Sequence record: SRR20825010_4822
DNA: 62,717 nt
Strand: one strand, 5' to 3'
A model generated the notes under the pieces. The model was not told the origin of the DNA. It did not search any database and saw nothing but the letters and a program-made list of their open reading frames with translations. Below are positions 10,873 to 20,696 of the stretch, in pieces (position 1 is the first letter of the stretch; the number at the start of each line of letters is the position of its first letter). A program made the translations under genes and the position numbers.

Positions 10873-12069
10873 TTGTCGCTAAACCAAGGTGTGAATGTCC
10901 TTGTTGCAGTGGTTATCACACCATTACTTTACCAGAACTTAGGTGAAGCCCAATTCGGTTTAGTCGGTTTAGGGCTTACGGTTGTAATGTTCTTAAGCGT
11001 CCTTGTCAATTACGGGTTTTATTTAAACGGGCCGAAGCGGCTAGCATTAACCTTAGGAGATACCGATAAACAGCAAGAGTTGGTAAATGAGATTATAGTT
11101 ACCAAGCTGATGCTTTCTGTTCTGCTCAGTTTGTTGATATTAATTGCTATTTATGGCTTCAATTTTTTCCCTGATTATTCTTCCATACTTTCCTTGTCGT
11201 TAGTGATTTTGCTAGGGGAAGCCCTGTTTCCGATGTTTATTTTGCAGGGGCTCGACAAGCTTTCCTTGGTTTCAGTTGCCAATGCCATATCTAAGCTGTT
11301 TTATTTAATTACCGTAGTCATAGTAGTGAGAGAAGGCAGTGATGCTAAATGGGTTAATTTTTTATTCGGAGCTTCTTCGGTCATTGTCAATTTCGGTTTG
11401 GTAGTGTTTGTCTATCGAAAGTGGGGGCTCAGGTTTTATTGGGTGAGCGCGGCAAAGGTATTTAATAGAATAAAGGAGAATTTTCAGTTTTTCCTTTCAA
11501 CTATTGGTGGACATATTTCAGTTCATGGAGGTTTGCTGATTCTAAGCAACTTTGTTTCAGACACAGAGTTAGGGAGATATAGTTTGGCACAACGGGTAGC
11601 CTTTTTATTGAGAATGATTCCTATTTTTTTAGCCCAATCTATTCTGCAGAATGCCTCAAGACTTTATGATGAGGATAAATCTGCATTTAATAAGTATTTA
11701 TTTAAAGCTTACAAAGGTGGGTTGGCATTAACTTTTGCTATCGGATTGGGGTTTGCAATACTTTCTCCATACATCATCCTAATTTTGGGTGGGGAATATG
11801 TCGATTATAGCGCTAATGTGTTAAGATTATTGTGCTTTATTCCATTTTTTGGAATGTTGAATATTGCCAATATGATTAAAATTTTAGTGGCGGAGCGGAA
11901 AGAGATTTTGGCCAAAGCCACCTGGCTAACGACAATTTTTATGCTTGTTATTGCCATGTTGGGTAGTTATTATTATGGAGGCTATGGGCTGGCCGTAGCA
12001 CTACTTCTTTCTGAAATGTTAAGTTTTGCAGTGCATTATTATTTATTAAAGAAGTATGGTGTTGAGTAA
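10873..12069 (+). CDS. wzx: Wzx oligosaccharide flippase (true start probably upstream, see findings)
   Basis: Multi-TM; PLLYQNLGEAQFG, NYGF, LGRYSLAQR. Confidence 0.85.
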   Translation: MSLNQGVNVLVAVVITPLLYQNLGEAQFGLVGLGLTVVMFLSVLVNYGFYLNGPKRLALTLGDTDKQQELVNEIIVTKLMLSVLLSLLILIAIYGFNFFPDYSSILSLSLVILLGEALFPMFILQGLDKLSLVSVANAISKLFYLITVVIVVREGSDAKWVNFLFGASSVIVNFGLVVFVYRKWGLRFYWVSAAKVFNRIKENFQFFLSTIGGHISVHGGLLILSNFVSDTELGRYSLAQRVAFLLRMIPIFLAQSILQNASRLYDEDKSAFNKYLFKAYKGGLALTFAIGLGFAILSPYIILILGGEYVDYSANVLRLLCFIPFFGMLNIANMIKILVAERKEILAKATWLTTIFMLVIAMLGSYYYGGYGLAVALLLSEMLSFAVHYYLLKKYGVE

Positions 12070-12980
12070 TGATGGGATTAAATAAAATTGCAATTATTTT
12101 GGTGAACTGGAATGCCTATGACCTTACGGTTCGATGCATTAATAGTTTAGAGAATATAGGTTTCCCAAGCATAAATATACTTTTGGTAGACAATGCTTCA
12201 GCGGATAATTCGGGCCCTAGACTTAGAGAGAGGTTTAAGGAAGTTACCTTTATTCAGAATACAGAGAACTTAGGCTTCACAGGAGGGAATAACGTAGCGA
12301 TTACACAGGCTTTGGATATGGGCTTTGAGTACATCATGCTTTTGAATAATGATACAGAGGTCACGGAAAGTTTTATCGAACCATTGCTTTTGGCTATAGA
12401 AGGGAATGATAAAGTTGCAGCAGTTCAGCCGTTGATCTTGGAACTGAATCGGAAAGACTTGATATGGAGTGCGGGTGGAGATACGGATCGATTCTTTGGT
12501 TTGTCGAAAACACGTTTTTTATATCAAGAGCTAGACGCAGTAAGGTCAAGCATTAAGTCAGACACGGATTGGATTACAGGCTGTTGTATTTTAGTTCGAT
12601 CTTCGGTTATCCGCGAGATTGGTGCTTTGGATAATAAGTTCTTTGCCTACCATGAAGATGTAGATTGGTCCATTCGGATGCGTAAAGCAGGGTATGAGTT
12701 AAAGGTGGCTGCAGAAAGTGTAATCTTTCATCTTTCCATGGCCTCCTTAAAAAGTGACACCAAGCAGAAAGAAGGGTTTCTGTCGCCCTTTATGCATTAC
12801 CTTCATGCTAGAAATCATTTGTTTTTGGTTAGAAAACACAAAGATTATTTTAACCCCGTAGGCGTTTGGGGTTATCAATTTTTTAAACTGGTTGGCTATT
12901 CGACTTACTTTATTGTCAGAGGTCGATTTAACAAGCTAAGGTCTGCTATGAAAGGGTTTAAAGATGGGTTAACAAAATGA
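12069..12980 (+). CDS. GT2 glycosyltransferase (WbbL/RfbF-like)
   Basis: IILVNWN, VDNAS, NLGFTGGNN, LLNNDT, FFAYHEDVDW. Confidence 0.9.
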   Translation: MMGLNKIAIILVNWNAYDLTVRCINSLENIGFPSINILLVDNASADNSGPRLRERFKEVTFIQNTENLGFTGGNNVAITQALDMGFEYIMLLNNDTEVTESFIEPLLLAIEGNDKVAAVQPLILELNRKDLIWSAGGDTDRFFGLSKTRFLYQELDAVRSSIKSDTDWITGCCILVRSSVIREIGALDNKFFAYHEDVDWSIRMRKAGYELKVAAESVIFHLSMASLKSDTKQKEGFLSPFMHYLHARNHLFLVRKHKDYFNPVGVWGYQFFKLVGYSTYFIVRGRFNKLRSAMKGFKDGLTK

Positions 12981-12998
12981 AGTTAATCACATTATGAA

Positions 12999-13030
12999 TT
13001 GAAGGTTCAGTACAGAGTATTCTATCTTTG
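12999..13030 (+). promoter_or_regulatory. Bacteroidota housekeeping-type promoter (TTG-N21-TATCTTTG) with no sense gene downstream
   Basis: TTG 12999-13001, TATCTTTG 13023-13030. Confidence 0.45.
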
Positions 13031-13155
13031 TTGCGATTTTTTAATGAGCAGCTTTAGGTGGAGGTGTTACTGATTTTCTGAGACAGCGCCATGTGATTAA
13101 TAGAATAGTATTAGATCATTATAAATATATTATATAGATAAAATAATGATCTAAT

Positions 13156-14046
13156 TTAATTTTTTCTTGCAATCAAAATTACTGGAAACTTGAGTTGACA
13201 TACGCCATTTACTTTGATGCTTCTAAATAATCTTAGTAGGATGGGGTTATTTTCTATTGCTTCTACCCAATGAGTTTTTATTCTTACTTTTTTGAAAAGA
13301 GAATATTTAAGCTTTGGAATTGGTAAAATAGTTGAAACCTCTCTGAACCCAATCTTCTTAAGTTGGTTTGCCATTTCGGTATGTGTAGATTCATTTACAT
13401 GACCTCCTTCTGCTGCCAGTTTTCCTGACTGAGAAAAATCCTTGATGCGAGTAACATCCCAAGGGCCGAAGAGTCTGTTAGGCATTATGATTATTAACTT
13501 TCCATTGGGTTTCAAATGATTAAATATGTTTTTCAGGTGTATATCAGCATCCTCTGGAACAAGGTGTTCTAAGACATTATCAGAAAAAGCAACATCAAAA
13601 TCTTCATCAAATTCATAATTAATAATATTAGACTCTATAAAACGGATTGTTTTATGAGACTTGAGGTTTTCAGGAATTACCACATCTATCCCAGTCAGGC
13701 TTTTGGTTTTTAGGTGTCTCTCTATACTTTGAAGCATATATCCCTGACCACTCCCGTAGTCGACAACGCAAGCATTCTCCAGCTCTTTCGCAAATAACTT
13801 TACGTATTTGTCCTTTTGGTTTATTCCATCAGTTAGGCTAGTGTCCCTGCCATAAATAGGAATGAGCTTAGAATAGAATTCATCGTATAGTTGTACTCGT
13901 TTGTCAAAATTCTTTTCATTAAGCAAGAGTCGGTGATAGTGTTCTTCAACCTTAAAGGCTGCTACTAAAACTTCTTCAGATAGGCCTTCTGAAACTGAGT
14001 ATCTTTGAATATCAGGAAACTCTAAATAACCGTGATTTTTTGTCAT
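13156..14046 (-). CDS. Class I SAM-dependent methyltransferase
   Basis: VVDYGSGQG motif I, FDVAFSDNVLEHL, LKPNGKLII. Confidence 0.85.
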   Translation of the reverse strand: MTKNHGYLEFPDIQRYSVSEGLSEEVLVAAFKVEEHYHRLLLNEKNFDKRVQLYDEFYSKLIPIYGRDTSLTDGINQKDKYVKLFAKELENACVVDYGSGQGYMLQSIERHLKTKSLTGIDVVIPENLKSHKTIRFIESNIINYEFDEDFDVAFSDNVLEHLVPEDADIHLKNIFNHLKPNGKLIIIMPNRLFGPWDVTRIKDFSQSGKLAAEGGHVNESTHTEMANQLKKIGFREVSTILPIPKLKYSLFKKVRIKTHWVEAIENNPILLRLFRSIKVNGVCQLKFPVILIARKN

Positions 14047-14386
14047 ATTGACCTGCTCTTGCTCTTTATGTATGAATCATCAAAAATATAGATTTTTTAT
14101 CAATAGTATCCTAAATGAGAGTTTTGTCTGTCACTCGCCCACGGTGAACAGCTATGTTGAAAGGGTTAAGAAAATTGCCCCTTTGCTCAGCTAAGGGCTG
14201 AAGATTTGTGGGTATATTGCATACGTTATTGCTTAGGAGATTTATTTCCCTAAAGTTTGTGGTTAGAGGTTTGCCAAATGGCTTAACCAAGTAGTCATCA
14301 TTCAATTGATTTTGAAACGGTTTGTCATTGTCAAAATATAATAATTTTATTACTCATACTAACTATTGTCTACTAAGCTAGGTTCA

Positions 14387-15541
14387 ATGAAAATTCTCCA
14401 GGTTCACAATATATATAAAGGAAAGACGGGTGAAGAAACCGTTGTTGAGGAAGAGAAAAAAATACTAGAGCGCCATGGCCATTGTGTAATTCAGTTTATC
14501 AAGGATAACTCTGATTTGGATAAATATTCAAAATTAGATAAGATGAAAATATTGGGTTCTCTTCACTCCTCAAAATCCATTGGGAAGGAATTAGAAGAAT
14601 TTATTCAAAGGGAGAAGCCGGATATCTGTCATGTACATAATACATTTCCTTTGATTACACCTATTGTCTATGAAGTTTGTAAGTCTAAAACTGTACCAGT
14701 TGTTCAGACCTTGCATAATTACAAAATGGTATGTACTAATAGTCTTCTATTTCGTAATGGAGAGGTGTGTGAAGAGTGTTTGAATAAGAGCCTTTATAAC
14801 TCTATTAAATTTAAGTGTTATAGAAACTCATATTTTGCAACTGCCGCTCAGGCTCACGTAATCCAATACCATAGAAATAAAGGAACCTGGGATAGCCTGA
14901 TTGATCGATACGTATGCTTGACCGAGTTTCAGAAAGAGAAAGTTTTTGGAGACACCTTAAAAGACAAAGTCGTGGTCAAGCCCAATTTTCTGGCTGAGAA
15001 TAATTTAGTGACAGTTCGGGAAGATTTTTTTCTATTTGTAGGTAGACTTAATGATTCAAAAGGGCTTCAGGATTTGCTTTATTTGTTCAGAAGAAATTCA
15101 CATTCCAAATTTGTTCTTATTGGTAAATCAGATAATCCAGAGATATTCCGTGAGTTTAAGAATGTCAAACACTTAGGGGAAAGAAATCGAGATGTTGTTT
15201 TGGAAAATATGAGAAAGTGTAAAGCTGTTATTTTCCCTTCTAAATATTATGAGGGAATGCCAATGGTTATTCTTGAGGCTTTTTCATTAAAAAAACCGGT
15301 AATTTCGAGAGATAGAGGGGCCATGGCTTCCATGATTGATGATGGGGTCAATGGCCTTAAATATGAAATTGAAAGTGGTTTAGTAGATGCTATTGAAACG
15401 ATGGAAGAAAACCCCGCATTGGTAAACCAATTGGGAGAACGGGCTTATGTAGATTACATGGAGAATTATACCGAAGAAAAGGGGTATGAAAACCTGATAA
15501 ACCTTTATGCTGAAGTATTGAGCTCTCGATCACTCGTTTAG
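14387..15541 (+). CDS. GT4 glycosyltransferase
   Basis: MKILQVHN-Y start at ATG 14387, HVHNTFP, QTLHNY, FVGRL--SKG, EGMPMVILEA. Confidence 0.88.
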   Translation: MKILQVHNIYKGKTGEETVVEEEKKILERHGHCVIQFIKDNSDLDKYSKLDKMKILGSLHSSKSIGKELEEFIQREKPDICHVHNTFPLITPIVYEVCKSKTVPVVQTLHNYKMVCTNSLLFRNGEVCEECLNKSLYNSIKFKCYRNSYFATAAQAHVIQYHRNKGTWDSLIDRYVCLTEFQKEKVFGDTLKDKVVVKPNFLAENNLVTVREDFFLFVGRLNDSKGLQDLLYLFRRNSHSKFVLIGKSDNPEIFREFKNVKHLGERNRDVVLENMRKCKAVIFPSKYYEGMPMVILEAFSLKKPVISRDRGAMASMIDDGVNGLKYEIESGLVDAIETMEENPALVNQLGERAYVDYMENYTEEKGYENLINLYAEVLSSRSLV

Positions 15542-15565
15542 TTCACTTAATGATAAAATGACCGA

Positions 15566-16957
15566 ATGACTGTCGTTGCTACTTTTCTTTTAATACTCTA
15601 TTCCATATTATTTTTCTATGTGCTCGAAGCTGTGCTTAGGGGTAAGTTTGAGTATGTGCTGCTTTTTTCCGTAATCTTTTTCCCTATTTACGCGCTTTTC
15701 TTAACCTTTAATTACGATGCTTTTGAATTGCCTATTTTAGTTAATTTGATTCAATACTCTAAAGAGATAGTGATCTTTGGAGCCCTCGGGCTATGGATAT
15801 CAGGCCAAAGAAACATACTCAATAGAAAGTGGAAAATATCTTTTTTGGATGGCCTTTTTCTTTCCTTTCTTGTGCTCTCTTTCGTCTTCTTTGTATTGGG
15901 TGTTGGCGAAGCCACATTTACCAATAGAGCCGTATATTTGAAAAACATCTTGTTGATAGGGATATTTTACTTTTTTGGTCGCCAAATCAAAATTGACTTT
16001 AAGTATTGGGATAGAGTTTTCAACGTCATATTTATCATGACTGTTTTGGCTTGTGGGCTGATTATTTTAGAAAGAGTTTTCAGTACTCACTTTCATACTT
16101 TAGTGGGCTATGCCAAGTATAACTTACATTTGAAGGATTTTGAACCAGTTGGTACATATGGTCTTAACTGGACCTTTGAGGCAGAGGGTGGACGACCAAG
16201 GTACGGCTCCTTTTTCGCCAACCCATTGGAGCTTTCATCCTCTATGCTCATTTCGGTTGCCTTGAGTACTATTTATTTACTTTCAGTTCCATACAAAACA
16301 AACAAGGGTAAGTACTTTGTGATACTCACTTGCGCATTCATTTGCGTATTACTCGCCTATTCTAGAGCGTCATTTGTTGCATTTTTTTTAATGCTCATAT
16401 TCATCGCCTTTTTAATGAGGTATTATAAGATTTTGAAAGCAGCCATTGCCGTTGCGGTTTGTATGGTTTTGTATATTTCTTTTTTTGCGGCTGATGAAGT
16501 TCGATATTTTGTTATCGATACGCTTACATTTCAAAACTCTTCCAGTTTGACTCACATCGTGGATTGGCTAAAAGCAGTGGAGAGTATGTTGTCAAACCCA
16601 ATGGGGATTGGGTTGGCAATGAGCGGTAATGCGGGTGGTGTCGAAGAAAGCTTGATTGTAGGAGGTGAGAATCAATACTTGATCTATGGTGTTCAACTTG
16701 GCTTTCTTGGGGCGTTAATTTACATAGGAATGCTCTTTTTTGGTATCCGTGACTCATGGAGGGCTTTCCGCTTATCGAGAAGCCGGCAAGAAGCAATCAT
16801 CCCCTTTGTTGCGGCTTCAGTCAAATTCGGATTGCTATTACCTTTATTTACAGCTAATGCGGAAGCATATATATATGTGTCATTAATTTCTTGGTGGTTT
16901 ATTGGGTATGCAGAAACCATTTACCAAAGGAATAAGAAGTATCAAGTATTATCATAA
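15566..16957 (+). CDS. Wzy polymerase / O-antigen ligase-family membrane protein
   Basis: Multi-TM; RYGSFFANP, AYSRAS, NPMGIGL, ENQYL (Wzy_C-like). Confidence 0.75.
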   Translation: MTVVATFLLILYSILFFYVLEAVLRGKFEYVLLFSVIFFPIYALFLTFNYDAFELPILVNLIQYSKEIVIFGALGLWISGQRNILNRKWKISFLDGLFLSFLVLSFVFFVLGVGEATFTNRAVYLKNILLIGIFYFFGRQIKIDFKYWDRVFNVIFIMTVLACGLIILERVFSTHFHTLVGYAKYNLHLKDFEPVGTYGLNWTFEAEGGRPRYGSFFANPLELSSSMLISVALSTIYLLSVPYKTNKGKYFVILTCAFICVLLAYSRASFVAFFLMLIFIAFLMRYYKILKAAIAVAVCMVLYISFFAADEVRYFVIDTLTFQNSSSLTHIVDWLKAVESMLSNPMGIGLAMSGNAGGVEESLIVGGENQYLIYGVQLGFLGALIYIGMLFFGIRDSWRAFRLSRSRQEAIIPFVAASVKFGLLLPLFTANAEAYIYVSLISWWFIGYAETIYQRNKKYQVLS

Positions 16958-16963
16958 ATAAGC

Positions 16964-17875
16964 GTGAGAACGAATAGAGCATATAGTATTAGAGAGCATT
17001 TTTCTGCTGTGAGAAAGTACTTCATTACTAAACTCTCATTGTTTTTTCTAAAGTTTTTTAATAGTCAGAGCCTAACTATTATTAGAGATGGTGGGTTTGG
17101 AGATGCTATTATGGCTTCATCAGTGGTAAAGGCTATTCAAAATAAATACCCGAAAGCAAGGGTTTTATTGAGCTCAGGATTTCCTGAGGTATTCGAAAAT
17201 TTGGAATTTACCGAGCATTCGCGTTTAACTTTTCCCGTGATTTGGTTGAGTTATAGCCACTATGACTTTTTTCCTTGGACAATCAGAAAACCACTTCACT
17301 GTAGGCTCATAATGGGGGAAATGGCAGGTGTATTAGACGAACATAAAAACCAACTAGCCATTTCTATAGATGAAACAGAGCATAAGGGCTTTTTAAGAGA
17401 GCATATTGAAAATAAAAAATACCTCGTTATTCAATCAGGAGCAGGTGCGTGGTTTCAAGAGAAAAATTGGGATCAAAATAAATGGTTAGACCTTGTTGAA
17501 GAGCTCAAGGCTATGGGTTATGCTGTTTATCATATTGGTACACAAGATAATGCCCCAATAGCAGGAGTAATAGATTTCAGGGGTAAAACCGATATTTATG
17601 AAAGCTTACTTTTAGTAAAGCATGCCAAACTGCTCATTGGAGTAAACTCCTTTGCCGAACAAGCGGCTTGGGTATTTAATGTGCCATCTGTTATTCTTTA
17701 TGGACCTACAAATCCAAAGTACTCTCTAAACCCAGGCCAAGTAGCTGTTTTCTCAAATCAGGCTTTTGAATATAGAGATTTATATAACTTGCCATATCAA
17801 TTTAAGAATATGAATAGTATTGAGGTAAAAACGGTTTTGAATGCTGCATCTACAATACTTAACCAAACGAGTTAG
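16964..17875 (+). CDS. GT9 (heptosyltransferase-fold) glycosyltransferase
   Basis: GGFGDAIMA, KNW, DFRGKT, IGVNSF, VILYGPT. Confidence 0.75.
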   Translation: MRTNRAYSIREHFSAVRKYFITKLSLFFLKFFNSQSLTIIRDGGFGDAIMASSVVKAIQNKYPKARVLLSSGFPEVFENLEFTEHSRLTFPVIWLSYSHYDFFPWTIRKPLHCRLIMGEMAGVLDEHKNQLAISIDETEHKGFLREHIENKKYLVIQSGAGAWFQEKNWDQNKWLDLVEELKAMGYAVYHIGTQDNAPIAGVIDFRGKTDIYESLLLVKHAKLLIGVNSFAEQAAWVFNVPSVILYGPTNPKYSLNPGQVAVFSNQAFEYRDLYNLPYQFKNMNSIEVKTVLNAASTILNQTS

Positions 17876-17922
17876 GAGCTGCATGATTTTTAAGACGTTA
17901 AAATAATTGAGACAAAACCGAG

Positions 17923-18690
17923 ATGAGTCTACCGTTTAAGAAGTATAAATTATTCGTACCTGAATATGCTAATGTAGATTATGAATTGGCTTCCGAAATC
18001 ATTGTGGAAAACGGTATTCAAAGACTTAGTTTCGGTGTTTCTGCGCTTGCCGTGCATGGCTTAATGACTAGCATTACCGATCCTCAATTGGGGCAAGTGA
18101 TAAACAATATTGACTTAATAGTTCCAGATGGTCAACCTGTGAGGTGGGCGCTCAATAGTTTTTATAAACTTGGAATGAAGGATAGAGTTTATGGTCCAGA
18201 GCTCACGCTATGGGTACTGAAAAAAGCAAGTGAAAAGGCTTTGAAAGTTTACCTTTATGGGAGTACGGAACGTACCCTGTCTAAATTTCAAGAGTTTATT
18301 GAGAGAGACTATCCAAGTGTGGATATATGTGGGGTACATATCGATAGGTTTAGAGAGGCAACTGAAGAGGAGGATCTTGAAGATATTGAAAAGATAAATA
18401 GTAGTGGGGCAAACATAGTATTTGTGGGCCGAGGTTGCCCGAGGCAAGAGTTTTGGGTGGCTAATCATAAAGGCAAGGTCAATGCTGCTATGATGGCAGT
18501 TGGTGCCGCTTTTGATTTCCATGCAGGAACAGTAAAGCAGGCACCTAGTTGGATGCAGAAAAATGGACTTGAATGGTTATTTAGGTTAAGTCAAGAGCCG
18601 AGAAGATTATTCAAACGCTATTTTGTAACGAATTCTACTTTTATCTTTCTCTTTCTAAAGTATAGGTTAATTTTGAGGCGTCCTTATTAA
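17923..18690 (+). CDS. WecB/TagA/CpsF (WecG-like, GT26) glycosyltransferase
   Basis: PDGQPV, RVYGPEL, FVGRGCPRQE, VGAAFDFHAG, GLEWLFRLSQEPRRLFKRY. Confidence 0.9.
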   Translation: MSLPFKKYKLFVPEYANVDYELASEIIVENGIQRLSFGVSALAVHGLMTSITDPQLGQVINNIDLIVPDGQPVRWALNSFYKLGMKDRVYGPELTLWVLKKASEKALKVYLYGSTERTLSKFQEFIERDYPSVDICGVHIDRFREATEEEDLEDIEKINSSGANIVFVGRGCPRQEFWVANHKGKVNAAMMAVGAAFDFHAGTVKQAPSWMQKNGLEWLFRLSQEPRRLFKRYFVTNSTFIFLFLKYRLILRRPY

Positions 18691-18734
18691 TTATGTCCTA
18701 TGTGGCAGAATGTTCTAAAATATAAACCACACTA

Positions 18735-19568
18735 ATGTCCGAAACCATCCATGCCAATGAGATCGCCAATGCTGTTGCTAAGGTTGAAAGCGAAGTTATA
18801 ACAGCGAATAACCCTAAGGATCTCGAATATTTCTTATATCATGAAAAGCGTTTTGAGAGAATGGCTCAGAGTATTGTCAAGTCAGTACCTAGGGGGGGGA
18901 AAATATTAGACATAGGAAGCCATTATCTGCACTCGTCAATGATATTAGCACAATTGGGTTATAAGGTCTTTGCCGTAGATGTTTCCGCATTTTGGGAGAT
19001 AGATTTTATTAGGGCAAGAATGGCGGATTTTGATATTCAAGGCATCCCTGAAAATGACTTGGAATCCTTTCAATGTGTTAAGGAAATGCCTGATATGTAT
19101 GATGTCGTTCTATTCACTGAAATTTTGGAACATATTACGTTTAATCCTGTCAACTTTTGGAGAGAGGTATATGGAACGTTGAAGAATGATGGAATAATTT
19201 ACTTGACCACCCCAAACTCTCTAGCCCTGCCAAGCTTGCTCCGATCAACAAGAAATTTGGTTTTATTAAAAGGCATTGGTATTAAGGTGCAGGATATTTT
19301 CTCTCACGTTACTTACGGTCATCATTGGAAGGAGTTTTCACGAAATGAAATCAAGCAGTATTTTAGTATGCTCTCTGAAGACTTTGATGTGCGTACTTCC
19401 TTCTTTATTTTTCATAAAAGAGTAGCTGGGGGTGGTATTAGAGACTGGTTATGGCAAAGTCTAATTTTCTTGGGGCATGTATTATATTATTTCTCTCCTA
19501 CTATTGAAGCAATTATCAAGGTTAATAAAAATGTGGGGTTCGGAATAGACCCGCCTGAATATCATTAA
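18735..19568 (+). CDS. Class I SAM-dependent methyltransferase
   Basis: KILDIGS, YDVVLFTEILEH, LKNDGIIYLTTPN, HWKEFS. Confidence 0.82.
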   Translation: MSETIHANEIANAVAKVESEVITANNPKDLEYFLYHEKRFERMAQSIVKSVPRGGKILDIGSHYLHSSMILAQLGYKVFAVDVSAFWEIDFIRARMADFDIQGIPENDLESFQCVKEMPDMYDVVLFTEILEHITFNPVNFWREVYGTLKNDGIIYLTTPNSLALPSLLRSTRNLVLLKGIGIKVQDIFSHVTYGHHWKEFSRNEIKQYFSMLSEDFDVRTSFFIFHKRVAGGGIRDWLWQSLIFLGHVLYYFSPTIEAIIKVNKNVGFGIDPPEYH

Positions 19569-19634
19569 TGAGCTGATTAAATCATTTATTTTATACGAGA
19601 TTCATTTAATAACAACGAAAAACTAAACTTTACT

Positions 19635-20696
19635 ATGACAAAGAAAAAAATGCTGATCACAGGATCGGCAGGTCTTATTGGAAGTGAGGTAGTGAGTTTC
19701 TTTGCTGAGCGGGGCTGGGAAGTTGTTGGAGTAGATAACAACATGAGAGCAGATTTTTTTGGAGAGGGTGGTGATACACTCTGGAATGCCAGAAGACTCC
19801 AGGAGCAATACGATAACTATTCACATCACTCTATTGATATTCGTGATAGGCAATCAGTTGTTAAGTTCATAGCTAAAATAAAACCGAGCGCCATAGTTCA
19901 TGCAGCAGCTCAACCTAGTCATGATCTTGCCGCTACTCGCCCTTTTGATGATTTTGATGTGAACGCTGGGGGGACGCTAAATATGCTGGAAGCATTAAGG
20001 TTATATTCAACTGAAGTTCCCTTTGTACATATGTCTACCAATAAGGTTTATGGCGATGCGCCAAATTTACTCAACCTGGTAGAACTTGAAAAACGTTGGG
20101 ATTATCAGGATGAAGAATATCGAAATGGCATTAAGGAAGATTTCACAATAGACCAGTCTAAGCATTCTATATTTGGAGCCTCGAAAGTAGCTGCAGATGT
20201 GATGGTTCAGGAATATGGTCGTTACTTTGGAATGCCTACTTGCTGTTTAAGAGGAGGGTGCCTTACTGGCCCAAACCACAGTGGTGTTGAATTGCATGGT
20301 TTCCTTAGTTATCTAATCAAGTGTAATTTAATAGAAAGAGAGTATACAATCTTTGGATACAAAGGAAAACAGGTGCGTGACAATATACACTCGTATGATG
20401 TGGCAAGGTTTATTGAAGAGTTCTTGTTGAATCCGAGGATTGGGGAAGTGTATAATTTGGGTGGTGGACGATCAAACTCCGTCTCAATTCTTGAAGCTTT
20501 TGATTTGATCTCTGAAATTTCAGGTAAACCAATGAGGTTCAAGTATTCTGAACAGAATCGTTCAGGGGATCATATTTGCTACATATCGGATTTGAGTAAA
20601 ATAAAAGATCATTATCCAAATTGGGATATCACCAAAGACCTTAGAACTACCTTTCAGGAAATACATGATTCATGGGTGCTGAGAATGCCTTCTTAA
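19635..20696 (+). CDS. NAD-dependent epimerase, CDP-paratose 2-epimerase-like
   Basis: [37 protein letters not shown]. Confidence 0.75.
   Translation: MTKKKMLITGSAGLIGSEVVSFFAERGWEVVGVDNNMRADFFGEGGDTLWNARRLQEQYDNYSHHSIDIRDRQSVVKFIAKIKPSAIVHAAAQPSHDLAATRPFDDFDVNAGGTLNMLEALRLYSTEVPFVHMSTNKVYGDAPNLLNLVELEKRWDYQDEEYRNGIKEDFTIDQSKHSIFGASKVAADVMVQEYGRYFGMPTCCLRGGCLTGPNHSGVELHGFLSYLIKCNLIEREYTIFGYKGKQVRDNIHSYDVARFIEEFLLNPRIGEVYNLGGGRSNSVSILEAFDLISEISGKPMRFKYSEQNRSGDHICYISDLSKIKDHYPNWDITKDLRTTFQEIHDSWVLRMPS

Noticed and set aside
14111-14305. 64-aa minus-strand ORF in the gap upstream of the inverted methyltransferase
   Set aside because: No motif or homology I can recognise and no ATG start; cannot be supported as a gene or pseudogene.
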